From: an uncultured Methanoregula sp.
Lineage (GTDB): Archaea > Halobacteriota > Methanomicrobia > Methanomicrobiales > Methanospirillaceae
Assembly (NCBI GenBank): GCA_964353765.1
Contig: CAYGWN010000049.1
Span: forward strand, 33,594-97,593
Length of the DNA stretch: 64,000 bases
Direction: 5' to 3'
Part shown: positions 30,291 through 39,978 of the stretch, in pieces
Layout: every line of letters starts with the position of its first letter
Numbering within the stretch: the first letter of the stretch is position 1
Notes under the pieces: model-generated
The model's database searches: none
What the model saw: only the letters and a program-made list of their open reading frames with translations
Told to the model about the DNA's origin: nothing
Program-made: the position numbers and the translations under genes

Positions 30291-31676
30291 ATGGTTGACC
30301 TCTCCTTTGCGATCGACCCGGTCTACCTTGCGACGATCATCATCTTCATCATCGGCCTGCAGCGGATGAGCCATCCCCTCACTGCCCGGAGCGGAATCGT
30401 CTGGGCCGGTGCCGCAATGTTCATTGCGACGATGGTAACGTTCCTGACCCCGGACCTCACCAACTTCGCCCTGATAGCAACCGGGATCGTCATCGGAGGG
30501 GGACTTGGGTATATCGCGGCAAAGCGCGTGGCGATGACTGACATGCCCCAGATGGTCGCGATCTACAACGGGATGGGCGGCGGTGCAGCGGCCGGAATCG
30601 CGGCAGTTCATCTTCTCGGCACAACCACTGCCGCCACCAGCAGTCTTGCCGTTGTTGGAGGCCTCATCGGAGCCGTTTCGTTCTCGGGGAGCATTATCGC
30701 ATTCCTGAAGCTCCAGGGCTGGATGCGGCCGCGGCCGATAACCTTCCCGGGTCAGCAGGTGATCAACATGGCTGTCCTGGCCCTTGCTGTCATATTCGGG
30801 CTGCTCATCCTCTGGCAACCGTCCTGGGTCCCGCTCCCGTTCACCACATATCTCCCGCTGTTCTTCGCCCTCTCGCTGGGGTTCGGGGTCCTGATGACCC
30901 TCCCGATTGGCGGGGCAGATATGCCAGTCGTGATCTCGCTGTTCAACGCACTGACCGGGCTCGCGGTCGGGCTTGACGGATTCTCGTTCGCGCCCCCTAA
31001 CTACGCGATGGTCATCGCGGGGGTTATCGTTGGCGCCGCAGGTTCACTTCTCACGCTCATGATGGCGCGTGCGATGAACCGCTCGATACCGAATATCCTC
31101 TTCGGCGCTTTCGGCGCAACCGAGGAGACCGGGACGCAGATCCAGGGAAGCATGAAGCCAATCGAGGCTGACGACGTGGCCATATTGCTGGCCTATGCAA
31201 ACACGGCGATCATCGTTCCCGGCTACGGAATGGCGGTCGCCCAAGCCCAGCAGAAGGTCAAGGAGCTGGCCGACCTGCTCGAGAGTAAGAACGTCCAGGT
31301 CAAGTTCGCTATTCACCCGGTTGCCGGGCGGATGCCCGGGCATATGAATGTTCTCCTTGCCGAGGCAGGAATCTCCTACGACCACCTGCTCGACCGGGAC
31401 GAAATTAACCCCGAGTTCCCGGATACTGACGTGGTTCTCGTTATCGGTGCCAACGACGTCGTCAACCCGGCAGCGCACCGGCAGGGCAGCCCTCTCTACG
31501 GCATGCCGATCCTCGATGTTGAACTGGCGAAGAACGTTATCGTCCTCAAGCGCGGCCAGGGGAAAGGCTTTGCCGGAATTGAGAACGACCTCTTCTACCG
31601 GGACAATACGCATATGCTCTATGGCGATGCGAAGGCGTCTATCGGAACGCTGGTGCAGGCCCTCAAGAAACTTTAG
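30291..31676 (+). CDS. pntB: NAD(P) transhydrogenase subunit beta (dII-b plus dIII, NADP(H)-binding)
   Basis: Polytopic N-terminus and C-terminal dIII (…VPGYGMAVAQAQ…HPVAGRMPGHMNVLLAEA…). ATG at 30291, 1 nt after the pntAB stop. Confidence 0.9.
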   Translation: MVDLSFAIDPVYLATIIIFIIGLQRMSHPLTARSGIVWAGAAMFIATMVTFLTPDLTNFALIATGIVIGGGLGYIAAKRVAMTDMPQMVAIYNGMGGGAAAGIAAVHLLGTTTAATSSLAVVGGLIGAVSFSGSIIAFLKLQGWMRPRPITFPGQQVINMAVLALAVIFGLLILWQPSWVPLPFTTYLPLFFALSLGFGVLMTLPIGGADMPVVISLFNALTGLAVGLDGFSFAPPNYAMVIAGVIVGAAGSLLTLMMARAMNRSIPNILFGAFGATEETGTQIQGSMKPIEADDVAILLAYANTAIIVPGYGMAVAQAQQKVKELADLLESKNVQVKFAIHPVAGRMPGHMNVLLAEAGISYDHLLDRDEINPEFPDTDVVLVIGANDVVNPAAHRQGSPLYGMPILDVELAKNVIVLKRGQGKGFAGIENDLFYRDNTHMLYGDAKASIGTLVQALKKL

Positions 31677-31822
31677 GGCTGTGCGGAATCCATAGGTCTG
31701 GGTCGTCGCGGCCATGCCGACCCATAACGACCCGCTTCGCCAGCATCCCGGTGATACGAGGCCCGGCCGTCAAGGTCTCGTTGAGATAGCGATAGTTGTC
31801 CCACCGTGAATCGTATACAGTA

Positions 31823-33001
31823 TCAGGAATCTGCAAGATACTGTTTCATCATTCCCTCGTAGACCGCAGCGGCGTTCTCGAGCGAGACGATGGTCACATA
31901 TTCATTGAGGGCATGGAGCGTGGGAATCTCACCCGGCCCATATTCCACGACCGGAAACCCTGCCTTCCGGAGATACCGGGCATCACTTGCCGCCCACTGG
32001 ACGATAGGGGTGGCAGGTTGTCCATGGACTCTCCTGATCTGCTCGAGGAGCCTGCCGACAACCCGTGCATCCCGGGGGGTGGTGCTTGGTTCTGACATGG
32101 TACCTGTGGTTATTTCTGCCCGGGGTGCACGGGCCCGGATGGCCTCAAGGAGGCTGGCCAGGCTGCACCCCCAGGGAACCCGGAGGTCGAGCTCGAGTGT
32201 ACAGCGCTGGGCAATGATGTTCGCCTTTTCCCCCCCTTCAATCTTCCCGGGATTGAACATAAGGCGGGAGAGGATGATCTCTGCCTCATCCATATCCAGA
32301 ATCTCATCGAGGATAACCGCTGATTCGTGGATGAGACGCAAAAGGTCCGGGTCTTTCGGCTCATACCGCGTCTGGTGGAGTTCGTTCAGATAATCGAGGA
32401 CTGCATAGGCTTCCATGATGGCACTCACCCCTTTGACCGGATACAGCGACCCATGACCCGGTTCTCCTGAGAATTTGAGGCGGAGGCGCATCAGTCCTTT
32501 CTGCCCGATGTTTGGATTCAGTGGCGGGGTCGGCTCTGCAATAAGACAATCGCAGGGAGTCAGGAGGTTTTTTTCAAGGAGTCTCCTGATGCCATAGGTA
32601 CCGCTGGTCTCTTCATCGCAGACGAACGCAAGGTCAGCGGGGAGGTCATGTCCCTCATCAAGGACGCTTCTGCAGGCCCAGAGAATGGATGCACAACCCC
32701 CCTTCATATCTGTCGCGCCACGTCCGAGAACCCTGCGGTCACAGATCTCCCCGGAGAATGGATCGTGATCCCATCCATCCGGGAGGGCAGGCACGACATC
32801 GACATGCCCGCAGAAGAGGAGCTGTCCGGCTGGAGAACGTGATACCAGGTTGTACCTTCCACCCCGGCCCCGCACGACCCTTATTGGGATGCCGAGCGAT
32901 ATGGTGAACTCCTGGATATATTGGATTATTTCTCTCGTGTCACCTGGCGGATTTTCGCTCTTTATCCGCACCATATCTGAACAGAGGCGTTCTATGGTCA
33001 T
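31823..33001 (-). CDS. M20 family metallohydrolase (ArgE/DapE-type deacylase)
   Basis: …GHVDVVP…, …DMKGG…, …DEETSG… metal-binding motifs. Internal ATG (MTIERL…) preferred as start. Confidence 0.75.
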   Translation of the reverse strand: MTIERLCSDMVRIKSENPPGDTREIIQYIQEFTISLGIPIRVVRGRGGRYNLVSRSPAGQLLFCGHVDVVPALPDGWDHDPFSGEICDRRVLGRGATDMKGGCASILWACRSVLDEGHDLPADLAFVCDEETSGTYGIRRLLEKNLLTPCDCLIAEPTPPLNPNIGQKGLMRLRLKFSGEPGHGSLYPVKGVSAIMEAYAVLDYLNELHQTRYEPKDPDLLRLIHESAVILDEILDMDEAEIILSRLMFNPGKIEGGEKANIIAQRCTLELDLRVPWGCSLASLLEAIRARAPRAEITTGTMSEPSTTPRDARVVGRLLEQIRRVHGQPATPIVQWAASDARYLRKAGFPVVEYGPGEIPTLHALNEYVTIVSLENAAAVYEGMMKQYLADS

Positions 33002-33008
33002 GAAAAAA

Positions 33009-33512
33009 TCAGGATGATTTTTTGAATTCCTCGAACAGGATCCCAAGCGATGCATCGGAGTAGAGGCTCTTTAAAAATTCCGGCTTGAAGAACTCTTCAA
33101 TCATGAGGTAGAACACGTGGGGCCGTATCGGATCTCTCGTGTTCCGGTCAAGGACGATACGGAAACTGATATAGCATGCTTCATCATCGGGATCGTAAAT
33201 TCTTCTCCATAACCCCGGGAGCAGTTCAAAACGCTCGGGATACTTCTCCTTTACCCAGCCGATGAATTCCGGAAATTTTGAACGGTCACCCTGCTTTTCT
33301 TCATCAATACGCCAGCGGAGGTACTGGCCGGACATGATGACCCGCGGTGACTGGTAGCTGTAGGCCATGAGCCCTACGCTGTAATCGATATGTGCCAGGG
33401 CATCAACGAAATAGAAATCGAGAACAGGATGCCAGAGCGAAGGATCATGGAGGATAAGGGATTTTTCGTAGAGATGTTCAAGAATATGGACATATTCCTG
33501 GTCTGAAGGCAT
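33009..33512 (-). CDS. Hypothetical protein (167 aa)
   Basis: Clean ORF with host-like composition, 7 nt upstream of the M20 gene. No motif I can name. Confidence 0.5.
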   Translation of the reverse strand: MPSDQEYVHILEHLYEKSLILHDPSLWHPVLDFYFVDALAHIDYSVGLMAYSYQSPRVIMSGQYLRWRIDEEKQGDRSKFPEFIGWVKEKYPERFELLPGLWRRIYDPDDEACYISFRIVLDRNTRDPIRPHVFYLMIEEFFKPEFLKSLYSDASLGILFEEFKKSS

Positions 33513-33572
33513 AGGTATTCATGCGTGCCGTGCCGTCATATATATTAGCAACGGGACACCGGAGCACACCTG

Positions 33573-34451
33573 TTACCGGTAGTATGGCGCCCGACGTCGG
33601 ACCGCTTCGATAAAGAGTTCCCGAAGCTCGTGCCCTGATTTCCCCCTGACATCCACATGATTGTCGGTCCTGAGCAGGCAGGGCTTCAGCCTGCCATCGG
33701 AAGTTACCCTGAGACGGTTACAGAAGGCACAGAACTCGGTATTATGCAGGGGCCTGACCACCTCGACCTCTGATCCGTCCAGACAGTATTTTCTGCGGTG
33801 GTGCATTCTCCTGGTGAGGATTCGGGATGAGTGCTGTGCAATTCGATCTTCAAGCTCGTTGAGGTCGCTGTGGTAGGGGCACTCCTTCAGATCCATCAGC
33901 TCGATCAGCTGGAGAACCAGATTCCGGTTCCCGCTCACAAAGTGAATAAAATCCTCGACCTCGCCCTCGTTTATCCCGGAGAGGACCACCATGTTCAGCT
34001 TGACCGGCGTCAGTCCTGCCTCGACTGCTGCATCGATCCCCTCCAGCACATCATTCAGGCAGTCCTTACCGGTAATCCGGTGGTATGTTTCACGATCAAG
34101 GCTGTCAAGACTGATATTTACCCGGGATAATCCCGCATCCTTCAGGTCCGAAGCACATCCTGCAAGGAGTGTTCCGTTTGTGGTCAGGGAGCACTCCATT
34201 CCTTCCGGAACCGACCTGATGATCTCAAGAATGTCAGGACGGAGGATGGGTTCCCCTCCGGTGAATTTTACACTCCTGAATTCAAACTCCCGGGCTATCT
34301 GCATGATCTCCCCGATCTGCCCGACAGGGAGCAGGCTCAGGGATGACACCTCTCCCTCGGCATGGCAGTAGATGCAGCGGAGATTGCATGCCGGGGTCAG
34401 GCTTATCCTCAGGTTATTTACCGGCCGGTTATACGGGTCTTTCAGTTTCAT
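33573..34451 (-). CDS. moaA: GTP 3',8-cyclase (molybdenum cofactor biosynthesis, radical SAM)
   Basis: CNLRCIYCH radical-SAM motif. C-terminal CxxCxxxR…C cluster (CAFCNRLRVTSDGRLKPC). Confidence 0.85.
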   Translation of the reverse strand: MKLKDPYNRPVNNLRISLTPACNLRCIYCHAEGEVSSLSLLPVGQIGEIMQIAREFEFRSVKFTGGEPILRPDILEIIRSVPEGMECSLTTNGTLLAGCASDLKDAGLSRVNISLDSLDRETYHRITGKDCLNDVLEGIDAAVEAGLTPVKLNMVVLSGINEGEVEDFIHFVSGNRNLVLQLIELMDLKECPYHSDLNELEDRIAQHSSRILTRRMHHRRKYCLDGSEVEVVRPLHNTEFCAFCNRLRVTSDGRLKPCLLRTDNHVDVRGKSGHELRELFIEAVRRRAPYYR

Positions 34452-35049
34452 GCGTGCTTACGAAATTCTTGGCAATAATGTAGATCTCCGAGCTCCCTTT
34501 ACGGGACGCCTTGCTCCGGTACGTCCGTACCGAGAGAAAATGGTCCCTGATTTTGCCGAGAAGCCAGTTGAAGTCTTCTCCCTGGAAAGCCTTGACCAGA
34601 AAGTTACCTCCGGGTTTGAGGACCCTGCAGGCAAAGTTCAGTGCCTCTTCTCCCAGGGCTATCGACCGCGCCTGGTCATAACTCTTATGCCCGGAGAGTT
34701 TGGGTGCTACATCTGAAATGACAACGTTCACGGTCCCGATCAGCGTGTATACCCTGCCGGGAAGGGACGGGTCGGTCATGTCGGTGACGAGAGTCTGGAC
34801 TCCGTCAAGGGGTGCAATTGGGGAGAGGTCTATCCCGATAACGGCGCCCCGGGTGAGGTTTCTCACCACCTGGAGCCAGCTTCCTGGTGCAGCACCCAGG
34901 TCAACGACATTATCGGTCTCCCGGATGAGGTGATACCGTTCTTCGATCTCAATCAGCTTGTAGGCAGCCCTCGAGCGATAGCCCTCCTTCATTGCCCTCG
35001 TATAGGTGCTATCCCGGCCCCATTGCGAACCCATCTGTGCAAACTCCAA
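34429..35049 (-). CDS. rlmE: 23S rRNA (uridine-2'-O)-methyltransferase RlmE/FtsJ
   Basis: RSRAAYKL…, VVDLGAAPGSW SAM motif, DVAPK…. Confidence 0.85.
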   Translation of the reverse strand: MEFAQMGSQWGRDSTYTRAMKEGYRSRAAYKLIEIEERYHLIRETDNVVDLGAAPGSWLQVVRNLTRGAVIGIDLSPIAPLDGVQTLVTDMTDPSLPGRVYTLIGTVNVVISDVAPKLSGHKSYDQARSIALGEEALNFACRVLKPGGNFLVKAFQGEDFNWLLGKIRDHFLSVRTYRSKASRKGSSEIYIIAKNFVSTHETERPV

Positions 35050-35136
35050 GATCCACGGTATCTGCTCCTGAAATAAAAGGAGATATTATTAAAAATGTGG
35101 TGGCATAGTGTATAGTGAGTATATAAGGGGTGTAGG

Positions 35137-35880
35137 ATGTTAAAAGCAACGATTGATGCAGATATTCTGAAAGAGTCCATAGATGCCCTGTCAGCCCTGG
35201 TGACCGAATGCCGTCTCCATAGTGATGAGAACGGTATGAGCACCCGGGCTGTTGACACAGCAAACGTGGCGATGGTCTCTCTCACCCTGAAAAAAGAGGC
35301 ATTTGAATCGTATTCGTCTTCGAAAGACGAACTTGGCCTTGATATTGCAAAGATGAAAAATATCTTCGGCATGATGGGAAAGAATGATACCATCACCCTC
35401 GAGCTGCCCGAAAACAGCCCTAAGCTGAAAGTCAGTTTCGAGGGCTACCGCTATTCACTCACCCTCCTTGACCCAAACACCATCCGGAAAGATCCAAATC
35501 CTCCCAACATTGACCTTCCCGGCAAGGTAGTCCTCTCAGGAGCAGAGCTGAACAATGCCATTAAAGCAGCAACGGTAGTATCCGACAAGATTGCGTTGGG
35601 AATTGATCCCTCGAGTCAGATATTTTACATGGCGGCCGAGGGGGACACGGATCACATCAGGAGGGAGTTTGGGAAGGGGGAGGTCAACTTCATCAATAAC
35701 GTTGAAGCCCGCTCATTGTTCTCCCTTGACTACCTGAAAGATATGGGCAAGGTAATGAGCAGGGCCGCCGAAGTTGAAGTTGCCCTGGGCATCGACCACC
35801 CCGCTAAGTTCTCATTCTATATCGCCGCTGGAAACGGCCACGTGGAGTACCTGCTTGCACCCCGGATTGAGGCAGACTGA
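35137..35880 (+). CDS. pcn: DNA polymerase sliding clamp PCNA
   Basis: 247 aa, full-length archaeal PCNA similarity (MLKATIDADILKESIDAL…). Confidence 0.9.
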   Translation: MLKATIDADILKESIDALSALVTECRLHSDENGMSTRAVDTANVAMVSLTLKKEAFESYSSSKDELGLDIAKMKNIFGMMGKNDTITLELPENSPKLKVSFEGYRYSLTLLDPNTIRKDPNPPNIDLPGKVVLSGAELNNAIKAATVVSDKIALGIDPSSQIFYMAAEGDTDHIRREFGKGEVNFINNVEARSLFSLDYLKDMGKVMSRAAEVEVALGIDHPAKFSFYIAAGNGHVEYLLAPRIEAD

Positions 35881-36912
35881 ATGAGGGTCGCTCTTGAGAA
35901 AAGAGATTATCCAAAATATCCCTTTTTAAAAGAAGCAAAAGAATTGATTGATAAAAATACAAGACCTTTAGATCGGTATTTAAAAAGTCAAAAAGGAAAA
36001 AAAACAACCGAATTTGCCTTTCAAAGATTATTATCTTCTATTGAACACGAAAGGGATGAAAAAATTAATTTTCCGAAAGAATTAGAAATTGAAGATTTAA
36101 TTGCTAGCTTTTACATTGCCCGAGTTATTGTTTCATGTATCAATGATCGAGGAATATTTGAAAAATTCATTAAATTTGAATCAAGTTCTACTTTCAAATT
36201 TTTCTTTGATGAAGATGAAGGTGTAAGAAATGAAATTTTAAATAAAATCGGACTAAATTTCGTTTCTTCAGAATTTAATACCGTATTGAATTTAAAAGTT
36301 ACAGATTATGTTGAGATGATAGCAGGTTTAAACGAAGAAAGATGGAGGTTGGTAAATCGGGACATTAATGACGGATATGTCACAATTAACAATCTAGAAA
36401 TCGATGAGTTATTCAGAGAAAGAGTAAAAGTCATTTTACGTCAGAGAAGTCAAACAGTACCCAAAGAAATTTGCGCGATTTTAAATGATTACGCTGATAA
36501 GTTTAATTCCATCTACCAGTCAAAAATTTTAGAGGATTTTGGACAAATTGATGAAAAAAGTTATCCACCATGTATCATTGTGTTATTAAATGCCATCACC
36601 TCTGGAAAAAACATCACACATTTCGGACGTTTTTCTTTAACCTCTTTTTTATACGGAATTGGTTTGAACACAACACAAATAATTGAATTATTTTGCCGTG
36701 CTCCGGATTTCGATATTGCTAAAACCCAATATCAAGTTGAACATATTACCGGCAGAGGAGGAACCGAATATACGGCACCTTCTTGCGCCGCTATGCGAAC
36801 AAATAACCTTTGTTTTAATCGAGATCTTTTTTGTGAAACAATCAATCATCCACTTTCTTATTATAAAAAAAGAAAAAAAGCGAAAAAGCCCGAGCCCACC
36901 GGGACTACCTGA
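35881..36912 (+). CDS. priL: DNA primase large subunit PriL (compositionally atypical, AT-rich)
   Basis: The ATG directly abuts the pcn stop (TGAATG). C-terminal Fe-S Cys set (PPC … SCAAMRTNNLCFNRDLFC). Archaeal PriL-like length. Confidence 0.8.
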   Translation: MRVALEKRDYPKYPFLKEAKELIDKNTRPLDRYLKSQKGKKTTEFAFQRLLSSIEHERDEKINFPKELEIEDLIASFYIARVIVSCINDRGIFEKFIKFESSSTFKFFFDEDEGVRNEILNKIGLNFVSSEFNTVLNLKVTDYVEMIAGLNEERWRLVNRDINDGYVTINNLEIDELFRERVKVILRQRSQTVPKEICAILNDYADKFNSIYQSKILEDFGQIDEKSYPPCIIVLLNAITSGKNITHFGRFSLTSFLYGIGLNTTQIIELFCRAPDFDIAKTQYQVEHITGRGGTEYTAPSCAAMRTNNLCFNRDLFCETINHPLSYYKKRKKAKKPEPTGTT

Positions 36913-37102
36913 TTTTCTCTATGGTAAAATATCCTGCAGCACTCATCACCAGAATGAATGCCACCACGGCAAGCAGATATCCGATGCCGGGTTGCATGAT
37001 GATCGGGAATATAAAGAGGAGAAGAAGGAAGACAACAAATGAGGAGGATGCGGCGATGATATCCTTTATCCGGGGATCCATGCCGCGGGTATTGGTCTGC
37101 AT
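36905..37102 (-). CDS. Small hypothetical membrane protein (65 aa, two predicted TM helices)
   Basis: Two hydrophobic stretches. Host-like composition. No motif. Confidence 0.35.
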   Translation of the reverse strand: MQTNTRGMDPRIKDIIAASSSFVVFLLLLFIFPIIMQPGIGYLLAVVAFILVMSAAGYFTIEKIR

Positions 37103-37221
37103 GGTTAGAAGTGTGCTTTTTTCTCCTTTATTGGTTTCCCAACCTGGTACGGTTCCCCTGCTGCCCGTTCACCGTAGCTGGGAGATGATTTATACAGGCC
37201 CTGTGGTATAAGGAGATAATC

Positions 37222-37785
37222 ATGACCAGAGAAGAGCGGGATGAGGTGCTCCGTGTACTCCGGGCGGCAGTGGAGCAGATTGCCCAGTCAATAGACCCCG
37301 CCCTCATCCCCGAAGTTGGCACCAATATCGTCTATGCCCTTCCCGGTGCACGAAACAGGGATGAGGTTGCAGCGGTTGACGGCAGAATTGTCAGGTCCCG
37401 CGGAACGTCACATCCGGTCGGGCCGGTCACGTTTGGCGCCAGTGACCATGTGGCCCGGATTGTCCTGACCGCGATGAAATTTGACCCCGGGATCCGGAGC
37501 GCAGCAAACATTCGCTATTCTCCTCGCATTATCAGGATTCTCCAGGATCTTTTTCTTGAACTCTGCTCGTTTGACCGGAATGCAGAACCCCCGGGAACGC
37601 AGACCATGGACTGGGGTGTGGCTTACTGCTGCAAAGGAGGCGTCCCGGATATTATCTATGACAGGGGTGCGGTCGGCAAGGAACCCATGGTCAGGATACT
37701 CGGGGAGAATCCCGCAGACGTGGCGAACATGATGCTGAAAATCAGTAACCGCATAGCAGAAGAGGAGGAACCGAAAGAGGCGTAA
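37222..37785 (+). CDS. ThiN-like thiamine-phosphate synthase family protein
   Basis: My recollection of stand-alone archaeal ThiN-domain proteins (…GTNIVYALP…, …DRGAVGKEPMVRILG…). Not verified by a search. Confidence 0.5.
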   Translation: MTREERDEVLRVLRAAVEQIAQSIDPALIPEVGTNIVYALPGARNRDEVAAVDGRIVRSRGTSHPVGPVTFGASDHVARIVLTAMKFDPGIRSAANIRYSPRIIRILQDLFLELCSFDRNAEPPGTQTMDWGVAYCCKGGVPDIIYDRGAVGKEPMVRILGENPADVANMMLKISNRIAEEEEPKEA

Positions 37786-37854
37786 ACCATGCTGCGACAT
37801 AACTTTATTAAACCAGCGGATTGCATACCTTAAGAACAAACCGGAGAAGAATAC

Positions 37855-38043
37855 ATGGGAATAAAACCTACCTATATCAAGGCCCTGGGATTGGACCTTA
37901 TCCAGGCATACGGGAACAGGTTCTCCAATAATTTCGATGAGAACAAACAGATCGTTGGAGAAGTCACGACAATTGAGAGCAAGCGGGTCCGGAACCGGGT
38001 AGCCGGGTACGTCACAAGAAAAATAAATACTGGAAGACACTAG
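37855..38043 (+). CDS. rps17e: 30S ribosomal protein S17e
   Basis: MGIKPTYIKALGLDLIQAYGNRFSNNFDENKQ…RNRVAGYVTRK matches the archaeal eS17 pattern. Confidence 0.85.
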   Translation: MGIKPTYIKALGLDLIQAYGNRFSNNFDENKQIVGEVTTIESKRVRNRVAGYVTRKINTGRH

Positions 38044-38056
38044 ATTACCCTCTTGT

Positions 38057-38932
38057 ATGTTCGAGGGAATTCTTCCTGCAATTATCACTCCTTTTAAGAG
38101 AAATCTTGCGATGGATCTTGACCTTGAGGGTCTTGCATCCAATATCGAGTTTCTGATCGAGAACGGAGTGCACGGTATCGTCCCCTGCGGATCTACCGGT
38201 GAATCGGCAACCCTAAGCTTTGAAGAGCACGAGGAGGTCATTGCCGCGACAATCGAAACGGTCAACGGTAGAGTCCCGGTTATCGCAGGGACTGGTTCCA
38301 ATAACACTGCTGAGGCAGTCAGGTTTACCAAGGCGGCAAAGGACCTGGGTGCCGATGGAGTACTGGTTATCAGCCCCTATTACAACAAACCCAACCGGTC
38401 AGGCCTGGTCAAACACTACACCATTCTGGCCGACCTTGATATCCCGGTTATCATGTACAATGTCCCCGGGAGGACAGGCCAGAATCTTACCCCCGATCTG
38501 GTTATTGAACTCGCCAGACATCCAGGGATTGTCGGGATAAAGGAGGCTTCCGGCGATATTGGTCAGATATCCAGAATTCTTGAAGGAACACTCGATGAAG
38601 ATTTTCAGGTTATTTCCGGTGATGACAACATGACCTTCCCTATCCTGTCTCTTGGTGGAAGCGGTGTAATATCCGTGGCCGCGAATATCGAACCAGGAAG
38701 GATGGTTGCCATGTTTGATGCCTTCTGCGAAGGAGATTTTGAGACTGCGCTTGATCTTCACTATGAACTCTCCCCGCTCCTCAGAGCGATGTTTATCGAT
38801 ACCAACCCCATCCCGGTAAAAAAGGCCGTCGAGCTGCGCGGCATGGCTGGCGGGCCGGTCAGGCTGCCGCTTGATGAGCTCGATGAGGCGAAAACCAAGC
38901 AGCTCCGGGAGGTACTCGCCTGCTATGATTAA
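38057..38932 (+). CDS. dapA: 4-hydroxy-tetrahydrodipicolinate synthase
   Basis: …GVHGIVPCGSTGESATLS… and the IKEASG active-site Lys region. Confidence 0.9.
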   Translation: MFEGILPAIITPFKRNLAMDLDLEGLASNIEFLIENGVHGIVPCGSTGESATLSFEEHEEVIAATIETVNGRVPVIAGTGSNNTAEAVRFTKAAKDLGADGVLVISPYYNKPNRSGLVKHYTILADLDIPVIMYNVPGRTGQNLTPDLVIELARHPGIVGIKEASGDIGQISRILEGTLDEDFQVISGDDNMTFPILSLGGSGVISVAANIEPGRMVAMFDAFCEGDFETALDLHYELSPLLRAMFIDTNPIPVKKAVELRGMAGGPVRLPLDELDEAKTKQLREVLACYD

Positions 38933-39701
38933 GGTTGTCGTCTGCGGAGCGCTCGGCCGCATGGGTTCAACTGTCGGCCGGGTGGTCAACGAGGCTCAGG
39001 ACCTGATGCTGGTGGGGGGTATTGATCTGCGGGGGGGTTCGATATATGGTATGGACGTGGTGGAATCAGCCCGGATCAGGGAACTCCTGTCAGGGAAGAA
39101 ACCCGATGTGCTGATTGACTTTACCACCCCCGCCGCAACCGTATCCACGGTACAAGCCGCTGCTGAAAACGGTACAGCACTGGTAATCGGGACGACAGGA
39201 TTCTCTCCTGAGCAGCGGGCAGAGATGACCCGGGCTATCGAGGGAACCGTCCCGGCCGTCATCTCAAGTAACTTCTCTATCGGAGTGAACATCTTCTGGC
39301 AGCTCCTGCGGGAGGCAGCAAAGCTGCTTCCCGAATATGATGTTGAGGTTATCGAGGCTCATCACCGGTACAAAAAAGATGCTCCGAGCGGCACAGCAAA
39401 AACCATCCTCCAGATCCTTGAGGAAGAGCTGGGTTTCCGGGAGAAAAAATATGGCCGGGAGGGTATGATGGAACGCGGCAGGGAGATTGGTGTCCATGTG
39501 ATCCGGGGTGGTGATATTGTCGGCGACCATGCCGTTCTCTTCTCAGGTAACTTTGAGACTATCCAGCTCTCGCACAGGGCGTATGACCGGTCGGTCTTTG
39601 CCCAGGGAGCCCTCAAAGCCACCCGCTGGGTGGTCGGAAAGAAACCGGGCATCTATGGCATGAATGACGTGCTCCAGCTCACAAAATCTTCAGGAAAATG
39701 A
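38925..39701 (+). CDS. dapB: 4-hydroxy-tetrahydrodipicolinate reductase
   Basis: MIKVVVCGALGRMG Rossmann motif. EAHHRYKKDAPSGTA motif. The start overlaps the dapA end by 8 nt. Confidence 0.9.
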   Translation: MIKVVVCGALGRMGSTVGRVVNEAQDLMLVGGIDLRGGSIYGMDVVESARIRELLSGKKPDVLIDFTTPAATVSTVQAAAENGTALVIGTTGFSPEQRAEMTRAIEGTVPAVISSNFSIGVNIFWQLLREAAKLLPEYDVEVIEAHHRYKKDAPSGTAKTILQILEEELGFREKKYGREGMMERGREIGVHVIRGGDIVGDHAVLFSGNFETIQLSHRAYDRSVFAQGALKATRWVVGKKPGIYGMNDVLQLTKSSGK

Positions 39702-39751
39702 TACGATAGAAACATATTTGTTTTTTCATCATGAAACGGGTAAGGGAGAAC

Positions 39752-39928
39752 ATGACAGCTATAGTTGACGAGGAGAAATGTACCGCCTGTGAAACCTGTG
39801 TTGATGAATGTCCGGCGGTAGCGATAACTATCAATGACGGCAAGGCCAAGGTGGACAAGGAACTCTGTGTCGATTGTGGTTCCTGTGTGGATGTCTGTCC
39901 GTCAGAGGCTATTCGCCTGGACCAGTAA
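39752..39928 (+). CDS. 2x[4Fe-4S] ferredoxin
   Basis: Two CxxCxxCxxxCP motifs (CTACETCVDECP, CVDCGSCVDVCP). The second ATG has an AAGGGAGA RBS. Confidence 0.75.
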   Translation: MTAIVDEEKCTACETCVDECPAVAITINDGKAKVDKELCVDCGSCVDVCPSEAIRLDQ

Positions 39929-39978
39929 AACTAAAAACAAACGGTTTAATAACTCCGACCTGATAATTCCTTTTACCT

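Noticed and set aside
37408-38331. 307-aa minus-strand ORF spanning three plus-strand genes
   Set aside because: Runs antisense across the ThiN-like gene, rps17e and the dapA start. It is not compatible with those well-supported genes.
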